Positions 50,123 to 61,378 are shown, counted from the first letter of the stretch. The stretch: 64,000 bases of DNA from Geopsychrobacteraceae bacterium (GCA_963662315.1 OY759353.1:2976001-3040000), one strand, 5' to 3'. Notes: a model not told the origin generated them from the letters alone. Numbers and translations: made by a program.

Positions 50123-50554
50123 CTAACCTCCATGCTGCAAACAGAGCTGCTTGATCCTGCTCCGCACTTTTTCCAGATCCAGCAGGTTGATCATTTCCCC
50201 CCGTGAGCTGATCACCTCTTTTATATAGTTCCCCCCATCTTCGTGACCCAGATGCTTTATCTGAGATATCTCAACACTGATAATTGCTTTCAGCTGATCT
50301 ACAGCCAAAGCGATGGGACCATACTCATTGGTCAGCACAATATAACGCGGACACAGATTCTGCTCTCCGAGACCAAGCAATAATGGCAGACTGATCAGCG
50401 GCACGATACGACCGTGAAATCCGATTGCGCCCCGAATCATATTGGGGGCAGCGGGAAATGGAAATACTCCGGTATTTTCAACCACCTCCTGAATAGCATT
50501 TAGATCCAGCGCGTAACTTTCCAGACCGAGCCGAAACGGTAATAGCTGGATCAT
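50123..50554 (-). CDS. cheW: CheW coupling protein
   Basis: [29 protein letters not shown]. Confidence 0.85.
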   Translation of the reverse strand: MIQLLPFRLGLESYALDLNAIQEVVENTGVFPFPAAPNMIRGAIGFHGRIVPLISLPLLLGLGEQNLCPRYIVLTNEYGPIALAVDQLKAIISVEISQIKHLGHEDGGNYIKEVISSRGEMINLLDLEKVRSRIKQLCLQHGG

Positions 50555-51846
50555 ACACGATCCTGATCCTGACTCTGGCCCACCCCGAGATTAAACTGGC
50601 TGACCGACGTCAACAGATCCTCTGCGAGTTTTGACAACCGCTGCGAAGCGAAGGTCATCTCTTCCATTGACGCTGTCTGCTCTTCGGTCGCAGCTGAAAC
50701 CTCTTCGGTGGACGCCGCGTTGTCTTCGGTCACCCGGGCAATCTCTTCGATTGCGGTCACAATGGCTTGGGCCCCTTCACGCTGTTTCTCCGTCAGATCG
50801 CGAATCGATACGGCTCTTCCCTGAGCCGCTTCAACCTTACTGATGATCACCTTAAAGGCGTTACCGGTGACATCAACAGCTTCACGTCCGGCATCAATGG
50901 CTTTCACACTTTCTGCCATTGAATGCTGCACTTTTAGACTCTGCTCCCGGGTCCCTTCGATCAGTCTGGTTATTTCACCTGCCGAAGTACTGGTGCTGTC
51001 CGCCAGTTTACTGACTTCCTCGGCGACAACAGCAAAGCCGTGTCCATACTCCCCGGCCCGGGCCGCTTCGATCGTGGCATTTAACGCCAACAGATTGGTT
51101 TTCTGGGCGATACTGGTAATTACGTCGATAATGGTGCCGATTTTCTGCACCTGATCATTAAACGAAGAGATCAGGGTTGCGTTCTCTTCAATACGCCCCA
51201 GCACCTGCTTCAGGTTATCCAAAGCTTTCTCGGTCATGGCGCCGCCCTGGCGTGCGGACATGGTCGTTTCTTCTGACGAAGTTAACAATTTACCCGCTGA
51301 ACCGGCCACCAGGTCGATCTGTTCCGCCATTTCCCGAATGACCCGCGTGGCACGTTCGACCATTTCCGCCTGGGTTTCTGCTCCCTGACTGATCTGCTCT
51401 ATAGAACCTGCCACTTCATGAGCCGTTGCCGTCATCTGTTCAGTGGTTGTCGCCAGGGCCAGCGAGGATTCGTTGACATTGACCGAGCTGGAACGAATCT
51501 GCCCCACCAGATGACGTAAACTGTTGACAACCAGATTAAGTGAATTAGCCAGGTCTTCCGTTTCGTCAGAGAAAAGTGCTTTTGGCAAGCGCACCTTGCG
51601 GCTCAGATCACCATCCCCCAGACGCTCGGCAGCTGTTGTTAGAATTCGGATCTTCGCCGTAAAATTCCGGGAAAACAGCCAGCCAAAAATCAACCCCACC
51701 AGCAAGGCACCGACAATGGTTATCCATTGGTAGGTCCACTCTGGCAAATCCATCTTCGGAACCAGCAGATTAAGCAGCACCACCGAAGCGACTACAACAA
51801 TAAATCCAATGACAAATTTATAGCTGATTTCAACCCGCATTTTCAT
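50551..51846 (-). CDS. Methyl-accepting chemotaxis protein lacking a periplasmic sensor domain (DifA-like)
   Basis: Two TM segments joined by a ~10-aa loop, HAMP domain, [33 protein letters not shown]. Confidence 0.92.
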   Translation of the reverse strand: MKMRVEISYKFVIGFIVVVASVVLLNLLVPKMDLPEWTYQWITIVGALLVGLIFGWLFSRNFTAKIRILTTAAERLGDGDLSRKVRLPKALFSDETEDLANSLNLVVNSLRHLVGQIRSSSVNVNESSLALATTTEQMTATAHEVAGSIEQISQGAETQAEMVERATRVIREMAEQIDLVAGSAGKLLTSSEETTMSARQGGAMTEKALDNLKQVLGRIEENATLISSFNDQVQKIGTIIDVITSIAQKTNLLALNATIEAARAGEYGHGFAVVAEEVSKLADSTSTSAGEITRLIEGTREQSLKVQHSMAESVKAIDAGREAVDVTGNAFKVIISKVEAAQGRAVSIRDLTEKQREGAQAIVTAIEEIARVTEDNAASTEEVSAATEEQTASMEEMTFASQRLSKLAEDLLTSVSQFNLGVGQSQDQDRV

Positions 51847-52060
51847 TTCTCCTTATGGTGACATCCCCCTGCCACCTGCTTGGTTCTATCCAATGCCGTT
51901 AAGGCAAATCTACTCTTCTGGTGTTCAGAATGGAAACGTGCAATTTTTCGCAAGGTCCAGGTAATCAAGTATTTGAGCGAAAAAAATAGTCCTTTACACT
52001 GCTCAATCAAATGCGCTGCATGCCGCAGAGGTTGGTGAAAGGGCCGTTTCCGGATGAAAA

Positions 52061-52948
52061 TTAACTGTCTATCCTCTTATAGATCCGCTCTGCCGGGTCA
52101 ACACACTGAAACAGACTGCGGCAATCGGGTGCCATGGTCTCGGCACGACCCAGCATCAGGTATCCCCCCGGCACCAATGTGGCCGCCAGAGTCTCCAGCA
52201 CCTGTTGTTGCAGATCCCGGGAAAAATAGATCAGCAGGTTACGGCACAGGATCAGATCGGCGCGATAAAAAGGTTGCTCAGCAACAATATCATGGCGATA
52301 AAACTGTACTGCCTGGCGTAATTCGCTACCAACCTGATAGTCATCATGCTGACTGATAAAATAACGGCCCAGCTGCTCTGGGCTGACATTGTGCAGCTGG
52401 TCAACGCTATATATCCCGCGCCTGGCTTTTCTGATCGCATCAGAGCTGATATCGGTTCCGATGATAGCGATCTGGTCACTTTTCTCAACGAACTTGCGGC
52501 TTACTAACGCCAGGGAGTAAACCTCTTCACCACGAGCACAACCGACACTCCAAAAACGTAACTTGGCACCATCATGTCGCGCACCAGCGGCCAGAGACGG
52601 AATAATCGTTTTGGACAGAGCCCGAAATGCACTGGGATTTCTGAAAAACGTAGAAACATGAATACTCAGCGCCAGCAACAACTGCTGCTGTTCTGCCTTA
52701 TCATCTGCCAAATGCTGCAGATAAGCGCACCCATCCGGCAGTCCCACAGCCCGCATCCGGGCTGCCATGCGGCGCTTAATGGCATTCACCTTATAACCTT
52801 CAAGCTGAAACTGCTGCTGCTCTTTCAGGATTCGGGCAATGCCCTGATATACTTCATCGTCAACCGCCGCACCGGTAAAGGGCTGACGCTCGGCCAAGAC
52901 ATCTCTGGTGCCAGTTTCTGTGGTCAGAGAGGGACATGTTTCTGGCAT
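52061..52948 (-). CDS. cheR: Chemoreceptor methyltransferase
   Basis: STFFRN, WSVGCARGEEVYS, GTDIS, DLILCRNLLIYF. ATG 52948 follows the thiL stop. Confidence 0.92.
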   Translation of the reverse strand: MPETCPSLTTETGTRDVLAERQPFTGAAVDDEVYQGIARILKEQQQFQLEGYKVNAIKRRMAARMRAVGLPDGCAYLQHLADDKAEQQQLLLALSIHVSTFFRNPSAFRALSKTIIPSLAAGARHDGAKLRFWSVGCARGEEVYSLALVSRKFVEKSDQIAIIGTDISSDAIRKARRGIYSVDQLHNVSPEQLGRYFISQHDDYQVGSELRQAVQFYRHDIVAEQPFYRADLILCRNLLIYFSRDLQQQVLETLAATLVPGGYLMLGRAETMAPDCRSLFQCVDPAERIYKRIDS

Positions 52949-52949
52949 A

Positions 52950-53930
52950 TCAGCCAAAATGATCAAACCCCTTGAGCAGATACGGGAACTTATTTCCAAC
53001 CTCGTCAAAAACCCTGAGCCCAGGAGTCTGGCTGATGACTCCAATGCGGGTAATATAAGGATAAAAATCCTGGTGCCGATCAAGATCCTTCAGTGGCGAA
53101 GTAAAGATCAATTCATAATCTTCGCCGCCACCCAGAGCCAGCTCCATCAGGCTGCTATCGCGCTTTAACTCAGCCTGAAATGGCTCAGAAAGAGGAACCA
53201 GAGCCAGCTCGATATCGGCTCCGACCCCTGAGTCTTCCAGAATATGGTTAAGATCAGCCAGTAAACCGTCAGACACATCAAGCATCGCGGTTGCCCAGCC
53301 TGCCCGCGCCAGCGTCTCTGCCAGACGGACCCGGGGCTCAGGCGTATGAAAACGACTGGCAAAGTGTTCTGATGGAAACTCCCCCTTTAACAATGTCTTC
53401 AACGCCATGGCGCTGTCACCAAGGGTTCCGGAAACATAGATAGCATCTCCGTAACTCGCTCCGTTGCGGTAGATCGCTTCACCAGAGGCAACTGAACCCT
53501 GGACCGTCACCGAAATCATTAACGGTCCAGGAGAACCGCAGCTATCGCCACCAGCCAGTACCGCCCCATGCAGCTCGGCTTCAGCAATAAAACCCGAGAT
53601 AAAGTCTTTGAGATCACTGTCTTCAATATCACTGGGCCGGCCAAGCCCGAGGAATAGTGACTGAGGAGTCCCTCCCATTGCAGCAATATCGCTGATATTG
53701 ACCGCTGCCGATTTGCGGCCAAGATTGTAAAAACTGGTCCATTCCCGTTTAAAATGAATCCCTTCGATGAGCAGATCGGAGCTGGTCAGCAGGTCTCTAC
53801 CGGCAACCTGCGGCTGCACGGCACAATCATCACCAATGCCAAGGGTCAGATGAGCACCTTTTCCCGCCGTCTGATCGATCCACCGGATCAGGTCGAATTC
53901 ACCCAGTTTTTTATGTTTTTGTTCAGACAT
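52950..53930 (-). CDS. thiL: Thiamine-monophosphate kinase
   Basis: GIGDDCA, NISDIAAMGG, DVSDGL, GGEDYEL. Confidence 0.95.
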   Translation of the reverse strand: MSEQKHKKLGEFDLIRWIDQTAGKGAHLTLGIGDDCAVQPQVAGRDLLTSSDLLIEGIHFKREWTSFYNLGRKSAAVNISDIAAMGGTPQSLFLGLGRPSDIEDSDLKDFISGFIAEAELHGAVLAGGDSCGSPGPLMISVTVQGSVASGEAIYRNGASYGDAIYVSGTLGDSAMALKTLLKGEFPSEHFASRFHTPEPRVRLAETLARAGWATAMLDVSDGLLADLNHILEDSGVGADIELALVPLSEPFQAELKRDSSLMELALGGGEDYELIFTSPLKDLDRHQDFYPYITRIGVISQTPGLRVFDEVGNKFPYLLKGFDHFG

Positions 53931-54010
53931 TTTTATTTTACCAATTATTAATTTTTAATATGTGATTATTATTTTTCTTCCACTTTTTGTCAAGAAAACC
54001 CCGTCTGATT

Positions 54011-54039
54011 AAAAAAAAGCCGGGCTCAAAGCCCGGCTT
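54011..54039 (-). terminator. Intrinsic terminator after pckA
   Basis: AAGCCGGGCT-TTG-AGCCCGGCTT followed by a T-run on the minus strand. Confidence 0.85.
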
Positions 54040-54067
54040 GATAAACAATTATATTTTAAAAGGATTT

Positions 54068-55648
54068 CTAGACTGCCGGCCCTGCCGTAGTGAAATCAAA
54101 GTCTGCATTGTCGAGAACATATTTCTTAAAGTTACTAATAAACATATCCGCCAGTTTACGCGCTGTCGCATCAAATTCATCCTGGTCACTCCAGGCCAAA
54201 CGGGGATTCAACAAGTGTGCATCAACGCCGGGCAGGCTTTTAGGGATATTCAAACCAAAGAAGCGGGTCTGCTCAAACTCGACAGCATGAATACTGCCAT
54301 CCAGAATCGCATTGATACAGGCACGGGTTGCCTTGATACTCATCCGCTTGCCGACTCCATAGCCACCACCGGCCCAGCCGGTATTTACCAGGAAGGCATT
54401 AACCTGGTACTTTTCCATCTTTTCCCCAAGCAACTTGGCATACTCGGTGGGATGCAAAGGCAGAAAAGCTTCGCCAAAACAGGCTGAAAAAGTTGCCTGG
54501 GGCTCGGTAACCCCTCGTTCGGTGCCAGCGACTTTGGCCGTGTACCCTGACAGAAAGTAATACATAGCCTGTTCTTTGGAAAGCTTGGAAACCGGTGGCA
54601 ACACTCCAAAGGCGTCACAGGTCAGAAAAATAATATTCTTGGGATGTCCCGCTTTAAGAGTCGGCTCATGATTGTCGATATGGTGAATCGGATAGGAAAC
54701 ACGGGTGTTTTCCGTTTTGCTGTTATCCGTGTAGTCAACGATACCATCCTCGTTATACACAACATTTTCGAGCAGCGCATCACGTCGGATGGCATTGAAA
54801 ATTTCCGGCTCACTTTCAGGCGACAGATCGATACACTTTGCGTAACAGCCACCCTCGAAATTAAAAATACCATCTTCGTCCCAGCCATGTTCATCGTCAC
54901 CAATCAACTTGCGCGCCGCATCAGTGGACAGGGTCGTTTTACCAGTACCGGACAGGCCGAAGAACAGGCAGACATCGCCGTCCTTGCCGACATTGGCACT
55001 GCAGTGCATCGACAGGATGTTCTCCAGGGGCAGCCAGTAATTCATCATGGTAAAGATGCCTTTTTTCATCTCACCGCCATACCAGGTACCGCCGATTATG
55101 GCCACGTTACGCTCAATATTAAAGATAACGAAAACCTCTGAATTCAGCCCCATCTCCTGCCATTTCGGGTTGGTGAGGCCAGCGGCATTGTAAACCGTAA
55201 AACTCGGCGCGAAGCCATTAAGCTCACTGGCTTCAGGTCGAATGAACATGTTCTTGACAAAATGTGACTGCCAGGCGATTTCGGTAATAAAGCGAACCTC
55301 CTTGCGGGTCAGAGGATTTGAACCGCAATAGCCATCGGTGACATATATATCCTTGCCGGACAGATAGTTAATAACCTCAGCGTAGAGTTCGTCAAAAATT
55401 TCGTTGGAAACAGGCTGGTTGATTTTTCCCCAGGCAATCTGCTCAGCCGATGGAGCCTGTTTGACAAAATATTTATCCTTAGGTGAGCGCCCTGTGAACT
55501 TGCCGGTGTCGACGATCATCGTTCCGCTATAAGACAGCGCTCCCTCTTTGTTTTTCGTTTCATGATCAAACAACTCATCATAACTCAAATTATGATAAAC
55601 CCGACCAACGGCATTCAACCCCAGTGTCTCTGCGTTCAAATCACTCAT
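54068..55648 (-). CDS. pckA: Phosphoenolpyruvate carboxykinase (ATP)
   Basis: [44 protein letters not shown]. Confidence 0.97.
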   Translation of the reverse strand: MSDLNAETLGLNAVGRVYHNLSYDELFDHETKNKEGALSYSGTMIVDTGKFTGRSPKDKYFVKQAPSAEQIAWGKINQPVSNEIFDELYAEVINYLSGKDIYVTDGYCGSNPLTRKEVRFITEIAWQSHFVKNMFIRPEASELNGFAPSFTVYNAAGLTNPKWQEMGLNSEVFVIFNIERNVAIIGGTWYGGEMKKGIFTMMNYWLPLENILSMHCSANVGKDGDVCLFFGLSGTGKTTLSTDAARKLIGDDEHGWDEDGIFNFEGGCYAKCIDLSPESEPEIFNAIRRDALLENVVYNEDGIVDYTDNSKTENTRVSYPIHHIDNHEPTLKAGHPKNIIFLTCDAFGVLPPVSKLSKEQAMYYFLSGYTAKVAGTERGVTEPQATFSACFGEAFLPLHPTEYAKLLGEKMEKYQVNAFLVNTGWAGGGYGVGKRMSIKATRACINAILDGSIHAVEFEQTRFFGLNIPKSLPGVDAHLLNPRLAWSDQDEFDATARKLADMFISNFKKYVLDNADFDFTTAGPAV

Positions 55649-55913
55649 GTCTTTCTCCCCGTAAGTAGCCCTAAAACACAATCAAAATAACTTGGTAAAT
55701 AACCTTGCCTTTACTGATTTATCAGCAATTTTTCTCCGTAAGTGGAGATTTATAGCTTAATCCTAAATTTGAGACAACAGGTAAATCCTTGTATTTACGA
55801 GATAATTTATTATACAAACTGGAAAATAAATATGATGACTAAGGATTTACCCTCTTTTTTAAAACATGTTATCCTAAAAAAACAACCGTCAACAATGAGT
55901 AAAGGTATTGCTT

Positions 55914-56804
55914 ATGAGAGTTTTTGTTACCGGCGGCAGTGGTTTCGTGGGCCGAGAACTCATCAGACAACTGCTGGCTAAAGGGTATCATGTAAGAGCA
56001 TTAGCCAGGTCTTCCGACCGATTTAAAGACTTTCCGCAAATCGAAACCGTCATCGGCGATACAACCATGCCGAAAACCCTCAAAAATAAAATGACTGATT
56101 GTGACGCAGTCATTCACCTGGTTGGAATTATTCGCGAGATACCAGCCAAAGGTGTTACCTTTGAGCATCTCCATACACAATCGACGGCTCATGTTATCAC
56201 CGCCGCCGGGGAACAGGGGATAAAGCGCTATCTGCAGATGAGCGCCAACGGCACCATCGTAAATGCTACCACGAAATATCACAAAACCAAGTGGCAGTCA
56301 GAAGAAAAGGTAAGAAATTCCGGACTGGATTGGACAATCTTTAGGCCATCACTGATCTTTGGCCCTGATGACGCCTTTATCAACATGTTGGCCAGGATGA
56401 TCAACATTCTGCCGGTCATTCCGGTTTTTGGTGACGGCCGTTACGCCCTTCAACCTGTTCATGTCCGCGATGTAGCCGCCAGCTTTGTTGCCTCCTTAGA
56501 TCGGGACGACACCATAGGACAGACATATCATTGTTGTGGACCGGAAACATTCAGCTACAATGAACTGCTGGATGTTATCGGCACAGCCCTCGGCAAGAGA
56601 TCGTCCGTCTGCAAATTGCACCAGCCATTATGGCTGGTAAAACCTCTGATTTCAGCCTTTGAGTCATTTTCCCTATTTCCGATCACCAGTGATCAGTTGC
56701 AGATGCTACTCGAAGGGAACATTTGCACTGATAAGAAGTGGTCCAAATGCTTTGATGCTGAAATGATCCCGCTGACCACAGCAATCAAGGAGTATTTAAA
56801 ATAG
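55914..56804 (+). CDS. NDUFA9-like NAD(P)-binding atypical SDR
   Basis: TGGSGFVG, HLVGIIRE, YHKTKW, FRPSLIFG, QPVHVRDVA. Confidence 0.88.
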   Translation: MRVFVTGGSGFVGRELIRQLLAKGYHVRALARSSDRFKDFPQIETVIGDTTMPKTLKNKMTDCDAVIHLVGIIREIPAKGVTFEHLHTQSTAHVITAAGEQGIKRYLQMSANGTIVNATTKYHKTKWQSEEKVRNSGLDWTIFRPSLIFGPDDAFINMLARMINILPVIPVFGDGRYALQPVHVRDVAASFVASLDRDDTIGQTYHCCGPETFSYNELLDVIGTALGKRSSVCKLHQPLWLVKPLISAFESFSLFPITSDQLQMLLEGNICTDKKWSKCFDAEMIPLTTAIKEYLK

Positions 56805-56836
56805 CAAATTCATATGGCGAAATCCCGGCGGTAAAT

Positions 56837-56869
56837 AAAAAACCTTCATACCGAAAGGCAGGAAGGTTT
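56837..56869 (-). terminator. Terminator between convergent genes
   Basis: AAACCTTC...GAAGGTTT with a flanking A-run. Confidence 0.55.
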
Positions 56870-56889
56870 AAGCAATACCAAATCAAAAA

Positions 56890-57606
56890 TTACAGATCGA
56901 TATTATGCCGCGAACGATGCCCCTTGTCTTCCCCGCCGTTGGTGCGTGAGATGCTTTCGAGCAGAACCTTCCCTCCGATTGCTGCGGTTTTTTTAACCAG
57001 CTCTTCCGCAGCCCGTCCATCACGTTGACGAAATGCTTCGAGCAATTTGTCATGCTCATCAACAGAAATGTCCATCCGCCCCTCTACTGACAATGAAGCC
57101 ATCCGTAACCGGTTAAATTTCATCCCGAGTTGCTGGATCAGGTCGTACAACTTACTGTTATTAGCAGCCTTGATGAAAGTTTCGTGAAATTCATTATGAA
57201 CGCGGAAAAAATTCTTCACATCCCCTTCTGTTGCCAGTTGACGCAAACGTTCATTGGTAGCTTCGAGCTTTTCAATTTCCTTATCGGTCAGTTTGGCACT
57301 CGCCAGCTCAGCAGCGTACCCTTCCAAAATACTTTTTATCGCGTAGAATTCTTCGACGTCACGTTCTGATAAAGCGGCGACAACGGCTCCCTTACGCGGA
57401 ATGACCGTCAAATACCCTTCCGATTCCAACTGGCGAAAGGCTTCACGAATCGGCGTGCGACTGATACCAAACCGTTCTGCGAGTTCAGGCTCAGCTACTT
57501 TTTCACCGGGCTTCAGATTACCCTTCAGAATAGCTTCCCGAATTGTTTCGAGAATTTTTTCACGTAAGGTTTGATGTCGTTCTATTTGTTTAGTCTTCAA
57601 ATTCAA
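56890..57606 (-). CDS. GntR/FCD family regulator
   Basis: LAERFGISRTPIREAFRQLESEG; HNEFH. Confidence 0.92.
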   Translation of the reverse strand: MNLKTKQIERHQTLREKILETIREAILKGNLKPGEKVAEPELAERFGISRTPIREAFRQLESEGYLTVIPRKGAVVAALSERDVEEFYAIKSILEGYAAELASAKLTDKEIEKLEATNERLRQLATEGDVKNFFRVHNEFHETFIKAANNSKLYDLIQQLGMKFNRLRMASLSVEGRMDISVDEHDKLLEAFRQRDGRAAEELVKKTAAIGGKVLLESISRTNGGEDKGHRSRHNIDL

Positions 57607-57630
57607 TCTCCTGTAGACAATTTAGTAAAT

Positions 57631-57645
57631 TGTATACAGTATACA
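57631..57645. promoter_or_regulatory. Candidate GntR autoregulatory operator
   Basis: Perfect palindrome TGTATAC-A-GTATACA about 25 nt upstream of the gntR start. Confidence 0.65.
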
Positions 57646-57850
57646 TATAGTGTCAATTGTTTTTTTCTCCTACAATGCATTAGATCTTCGCTATTTATTG
57701 TAATTTTGCTATTCGCCGACTATCATCAATAAAACCGGAGGAGAAACAGCGGATAGATTCTATATAAATGGTCTGCGTTCCTTACGCCACATGTAAAAAT
57801 GTTCTCCCGAACTTGATAGGGCTCTTATCCATTTGTGACATAATAACGCT

Positions 57851-58645
57851 ATGCTATCGAAACTTTTCATCCATGTTCCGCTTCAGCAACTGGGGCGCAG
57901 ATTGCCTCTGCTGATTGCTCAAAGGTTACAACCGGAAATCGCCTGTCATGAAGTGAATCTTGATAGCCTTGATCTGACCGAGCTCAGCGACTATGCCGAC
58001 GAACTGCACCGTCACGGTCTCGCGACAACTTTGCACGCACCCTTTTCAGGCTTCAGCTGTGGCAACAGCCGCCGTAATATTAATGATCAGTCCCGGCGTA
58101 TCGTTGACCGGGCACTGGAACTCGCCCAGCTGATGCATTCGTGCCGGATTGTCTTTCATCCGGGCCTTCCTTATGGCAGCACTAAAAAACACCAACAACA
58201 GTGGCTCGACCTTTCCATCCCTTTCTGGCAAAACTATCTCAGCCAGGCGAAGCAACAACAGACAATTCTCTGTCTTGAGAATATCTGGGAAACTAGATTT
58301 GACTATCAGCTCTCCTTGTTACAGGAAATAAATTCCACTTGGTTTGGTCATGTCTTTGATATCGGCCATTATCATCTTTTTTGTGAGCAGCCTCTTTCAG
58401 AATGGCTTGCCCATATTGGCCCCTATATCAGACATCTGCATATTCATGATAATCATGGCAACAGTGACGATCACTTGGTTCTTGGTGATGGCAACGCACC
58501 GCTTACGGAGCTTTACCTGTGGCTTACAAAACAGACTGATATTCCAACGGTAACCCTTGAAAATCGTCACCTTGAGCAATCCTTGTTGTCACTGGAACAC
58601 CTGAGAGCATATCAGCCCGACTTGTTGACCAGGCTTACCGCCTGA
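57851..58645 (+). CDS. Sugar phosphate isomerase/epimerase (AP endonuclease 2 TIM barrel)
   Basis: LHAPF, VFHPG, LENIWE, FDIGH, HIHDNHGNSDDHL. Confidence 0.87.
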   Translation: MLSKLFIHVPLQQLGRRLPLLIAQRLQPEIACHEVNLDSLDLTELSDYADELHRHGLATTLHAPFSGFSCGNSRRNINDQSRRIVDRALELAQLMHSCRIVFHPGLPYGSTKKHQQQWLDLSIPFWQNYLSQAKQQQTILCLENIWETRFDYQLSLLQEINSTWFGHVFDIGHYHLFCEQPLSEWLAHIGPYIRHLHIHDNHGNSDDHLVLGDGNAPLTELYLWLTKQTDIPTVTLENRHLEQSLLSLEHLRAYQPDLLTRLTA

Positions 58646-58654
58646 AGCCTGCAT

Positions 58655-58687
58655 AAAAAAGCCTGGCACCAAAAAGATGTCAGGCTT
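58655..58687 (-). terminator. Terminator after the cbc-like operon
   Basis: AAGCCTGGCA...TGTCAGGCTT with an A6 flank. Confidence 0.55.
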
Positions 58688-58714
58688 GTCTGTTCAAGTC
58701 TTATCAAATTCCCG

Positions 58715-59170
58715 TCAGGTCGGGTTACCGATTCGGTGCTGGCTATCCTGATACAGGTGAATTCCGATGTACCCCAGTTCAAAGAGATAAAGACTCAAAC
58801 ACACCCCCGTCAACAGGGTGAACAGGACTGAGCATTCTCCCGCACAAGCACCAAACACTATAAAACCACAGCGATATCCCAGCTGCTTCCACGTTAATTG
58901 CGGCTTCTGACCCGCACTGAAGGCTGCCCCGGTCAACGTGATGACAGAAAATACATAGAGGGTAAAAATAACCCCGATATGCAGGGCCTGCGGCGGTCGG
59001 CCGAGAATCACTTTCCAGGGCTCTGGAGCCGCCACCAGCGGATGCCAGTTTATCAGAGCATCGACAACCAGGCATACCAGCAAAAATATAGCGACTTCAA
59101 CCAGTTTGCAGGTCCAGATTTTATTCAACTTATTATTGGGATGATCGATTTGTTTGATCATTATCGCCAC
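58715..59170 (-). CDS. Membrane protein, possible Cbc menaquinol oxidoreductase accessory subunit
   Basis: About 4 TM segments, LGRPP motif, directly downstream of the cytochrome b gene. Confidence 0.6.
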   Translation of the reverse strand: MAIMIKQIDHPNNKLNKIWTCKLVEVAIFLLVCLVVDALINWHPLVAAPEPWKVILGRPPQALHIGVIFTLYVFSVITLTGAAFSAGQKPQLTWKQLGYRCGFIVFGACAGECSVLFTLLTGVCLSLYLFELGYIGIHLYQDSQHRIGNPT

Positions 59171-59193
59171 TCCTTGCCTCTGCTGTTACTAAC

Positions 59194-59910
59194 CTAATGC
59201 ACCAGATGCTTTTTTTCATGCAAAGGCGTCTGCTTGATATCCTTGCCTGGATGCGGCTGTGCCTGTGCTGGCGAAATACCCACTTCTTCGTCTTCCCAAC
59301 CAGTCCACATGGCCTTAATATGTTCCATGGGAGTATGACCCATGGTTGCCAGGTAAATATGGGTCGGTAAAAATGCCACCAGGCAGCACGCAAGAATAAA
59401 ATGCAACCCGATCAGGAACCTGAGACCACCGATCATAATAATCAGACCGCGTAACGGTTCCACATTGGTCAACAAGATACCGGACAAGCTGACCAACGGA
59501 ACCAGAACAAACATAATTGCCAGGTAGGCTGATTTCTGGAGCGGATTGAACTTGTTTTTCGGCGTCGGATGATGAGGATTTTCCCACCCCAGAAAATAGG
59601 TTAGAAAATAAAACTTCGCCTGCCGCACGATACCGCTCTTCAGATCTTCCAGCTTCGGAACATAAACATCCGCCATAGAACGGGCAACAAACAGATAATA
59701 GAAAAACCACAGCGTAAAGGAGAGCGCAACAACATAGCCTGCGGTGTGATGCAGATAGACTGCGGCGCTGTAATTGCCCAGCCAGTCAATATATTCCGGA
59801 TAACGGATCTGTGCCCCTGAAACAGTCAGAGTGATGATACCCAAAGCATTCAGCCAGTGCCAGATACGTACTGGCGTCGGTTGCAGATAGATACGTTGTT
59901 TTTCCTTCAT
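59194..59910 (-). CDS. Di-heme cytochrome b (CbcB-like)
   Basis: RIWHWLNA, YLHHTAG, KFNPLQKSAY, GLHFILA...THIYLAT (heme-ligating His residues). Confidence 0.9.
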   Translation of the reverse strand: MKEKQRIYLQPTPVRIWHWLNALGIITLTVSGAQIRYPEYIDWLGNYSAAVYLHHTAGYVVALSFTLWFFYYLFVARSMADVYVPKLEDLKSGIVRQAKFYFLTYFLGWENPHHPTPKNKFNPLQKSAYLAIMFVLVPLVSLSGILLTNVEPLRGLIIMIGGLRFLIGLHFILACCLVAFLPTHIYLATMGHTPMEHIKAMWTGWEDEEVGISPAQAQPHPGKDIKQTPLHEKKHLVH

Positions 59911-60965
59911 GGCTCATCCTTTTCATGGCGACGGTTCTTACGGGTCAGAAAACGTAAAGTTCCGTGGCCAACCGGCATAATAAAACCGCTGCAGATAATG
60001 ATCAGGCCAAGAATATCGAGGGACGCACTTCTGGTAATACCTGTTATGTATAAATCACGATTGCCGTATAAGGCCTCGAGGATGGCCTCACGCGCAACCG
60101 GGATAAGCTGTTCATTGCCAGCGTCTGTCGGTAGAATCAGGTAACCTGATTGAACTGTTTTACGCCCGGAGGCATGACAGAAGGTGCAATCATAGCGATT
60201 ATCTAAGGTCATCAGGTTATGGGAAACGTGGGCCGGGACCAGTGTTGCGTGCAACCGTAAATCGCTGTGCTCCGAGCTGTTCCTAAAGCGCTTGAGTTCT
60301 GCTATGGAAATCAGCTGATCGCCGTTCACATCGATCAACTGCTGACCATGTTCCTGGTCAGCCATCCCCGTCAGTTCTTCATTGCTGACTGGCCTATACT
60401 TTTTGATCAGCCCCTGAATCTGTTGCCTTTCGATGGTCAGGACAATCTCATATCCGGGGGCCGTCATATGGCAGGTCACACATGGCAGAGAGTTTAAGTG
60501 CAGAGGCGTCTGGGGTAACCATGCTTCATGGTAGGTGGTTATCTCCTGCTCCTGGTGACAGGCAAGACATGTCTGGTTCATGGTTTGCGCAGTCTGGCTG
60601 CGAAAGGCAACGACACCATGAGGATCATGACAATCCTGGCAGGCTGCATTGGTCAGGTGCGGGCTTTTCTGGTAGACCTCGGCTATCTCTTCATGACAGG
60701 ACTCGCAACGGATAGCAGTCCCTGAGACATCCTGCCCGGGATGATCTTCCGTGATTGTCTCATGGCAGGTTTGACAACCCAGTTCGCTGTGCGCAGTCCG
60801 GTTAAACTGCTCGCTGACAACCAAAGATTGCTTCCCGACCATGTCCCTGTCAGCGTGACAGTCAAGACATTCATCTGCAGCTTCTGCTGCACAACTGAAC
60901 AGACCACTACAGGTCAGAATGATGATCGCCATTAGCAACGGATATTTGTTCTTCGTATATGTCAT
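59907..60965 (-). CDS. Heptaheme cytochrome c with C-terminal TM anchor (CbcA-like)
   Basis: Seven CxxCH motifs (CLDCH, CQTCH, CESCH, CQDCH, CLACH, CVTCH, CTFCH); C-terminal helix ending GHGTLRFLT. Confidence 0.92.
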   Translation of the reverse strand: MTYTKNKYPLLMAIIILTCSGLFSCAAEAADECLDCHADRDMVGKQSLVVSEQFNRTAHSELGCQTCHETITEDHPGQDVSGTAIRCESCHEEIAEVYQKSPHLTNAACQDCHDPHGVVAFRSQTAQTMNQTCLACHQEQEITTYHEAWLPQTPLHLNSLPCVTCHMTAPGYEIVLTIERQQIQGLIKKYRPVSNEELTGMADQEHGQQLIDVNGDQLISIAELKRFRNSSEHSDLRLHATLVPAHVSHNLMTLDNRYDCTFCHASGRKTVQSGYLILPTDAGNEQLIPVAREAILEALYGNRDLYITGITRSASLDILGLIIICSGFIMPVGHGTLRFLTRKNRRHEKDEP

Positions 60966-61094
60966 GATTTACCTCATCACCACGGCAGTCAGAAGATGTC
61001 AATGGGCTGGCTTTCAGAATAATTAGTGTTCCAGCCTGTAACTTACCACTTGCTAAACGAATGCGATGCTCGTATCAGGTTGTGCCGCTCGCCA

Positions 61095-61337
61095 TCAGCG
61101 GTGTTTAACCGGGACCGTTTTCGCTTCCTGCCGTTTACCGAAAATTCCTTTGATCAGAGCAAAAAACATGGCTATGACAGGCAGTAGCTGCAGCAAAATA
61201 ATCAGGCCGCAAACTCCTAGAAACAGATAAACGAGGAGCATGCTTCCGCCGCTTTCCCGTTTTGCTGTTTCAGCTGCCAAGCTGGTTATCGGCAGCGATA
61301 AGACCACACAACACCCGTATTGAAATAGATTTTTCAT
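61095..61337 (-). CDS. Small membrane protein of the cbc operon
   Basis: GAGG RBS, signal-like segment plus TM (LVYLFLGVCGLIILLQLLP). Confidence 0.75.
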   Translation of the reverse strand: MKNLFQYGCCVVLSLPITSLAAETAKRESGGSMLLVYLFLGVCGLIILLQLLPVIAMFFALIKGIFGKRQEAKTVPVKHR

Positions 61338-61378
61338 GGCTCATCCTCTCTATGATTTGATGTCGCTGTTCTCCTGCT

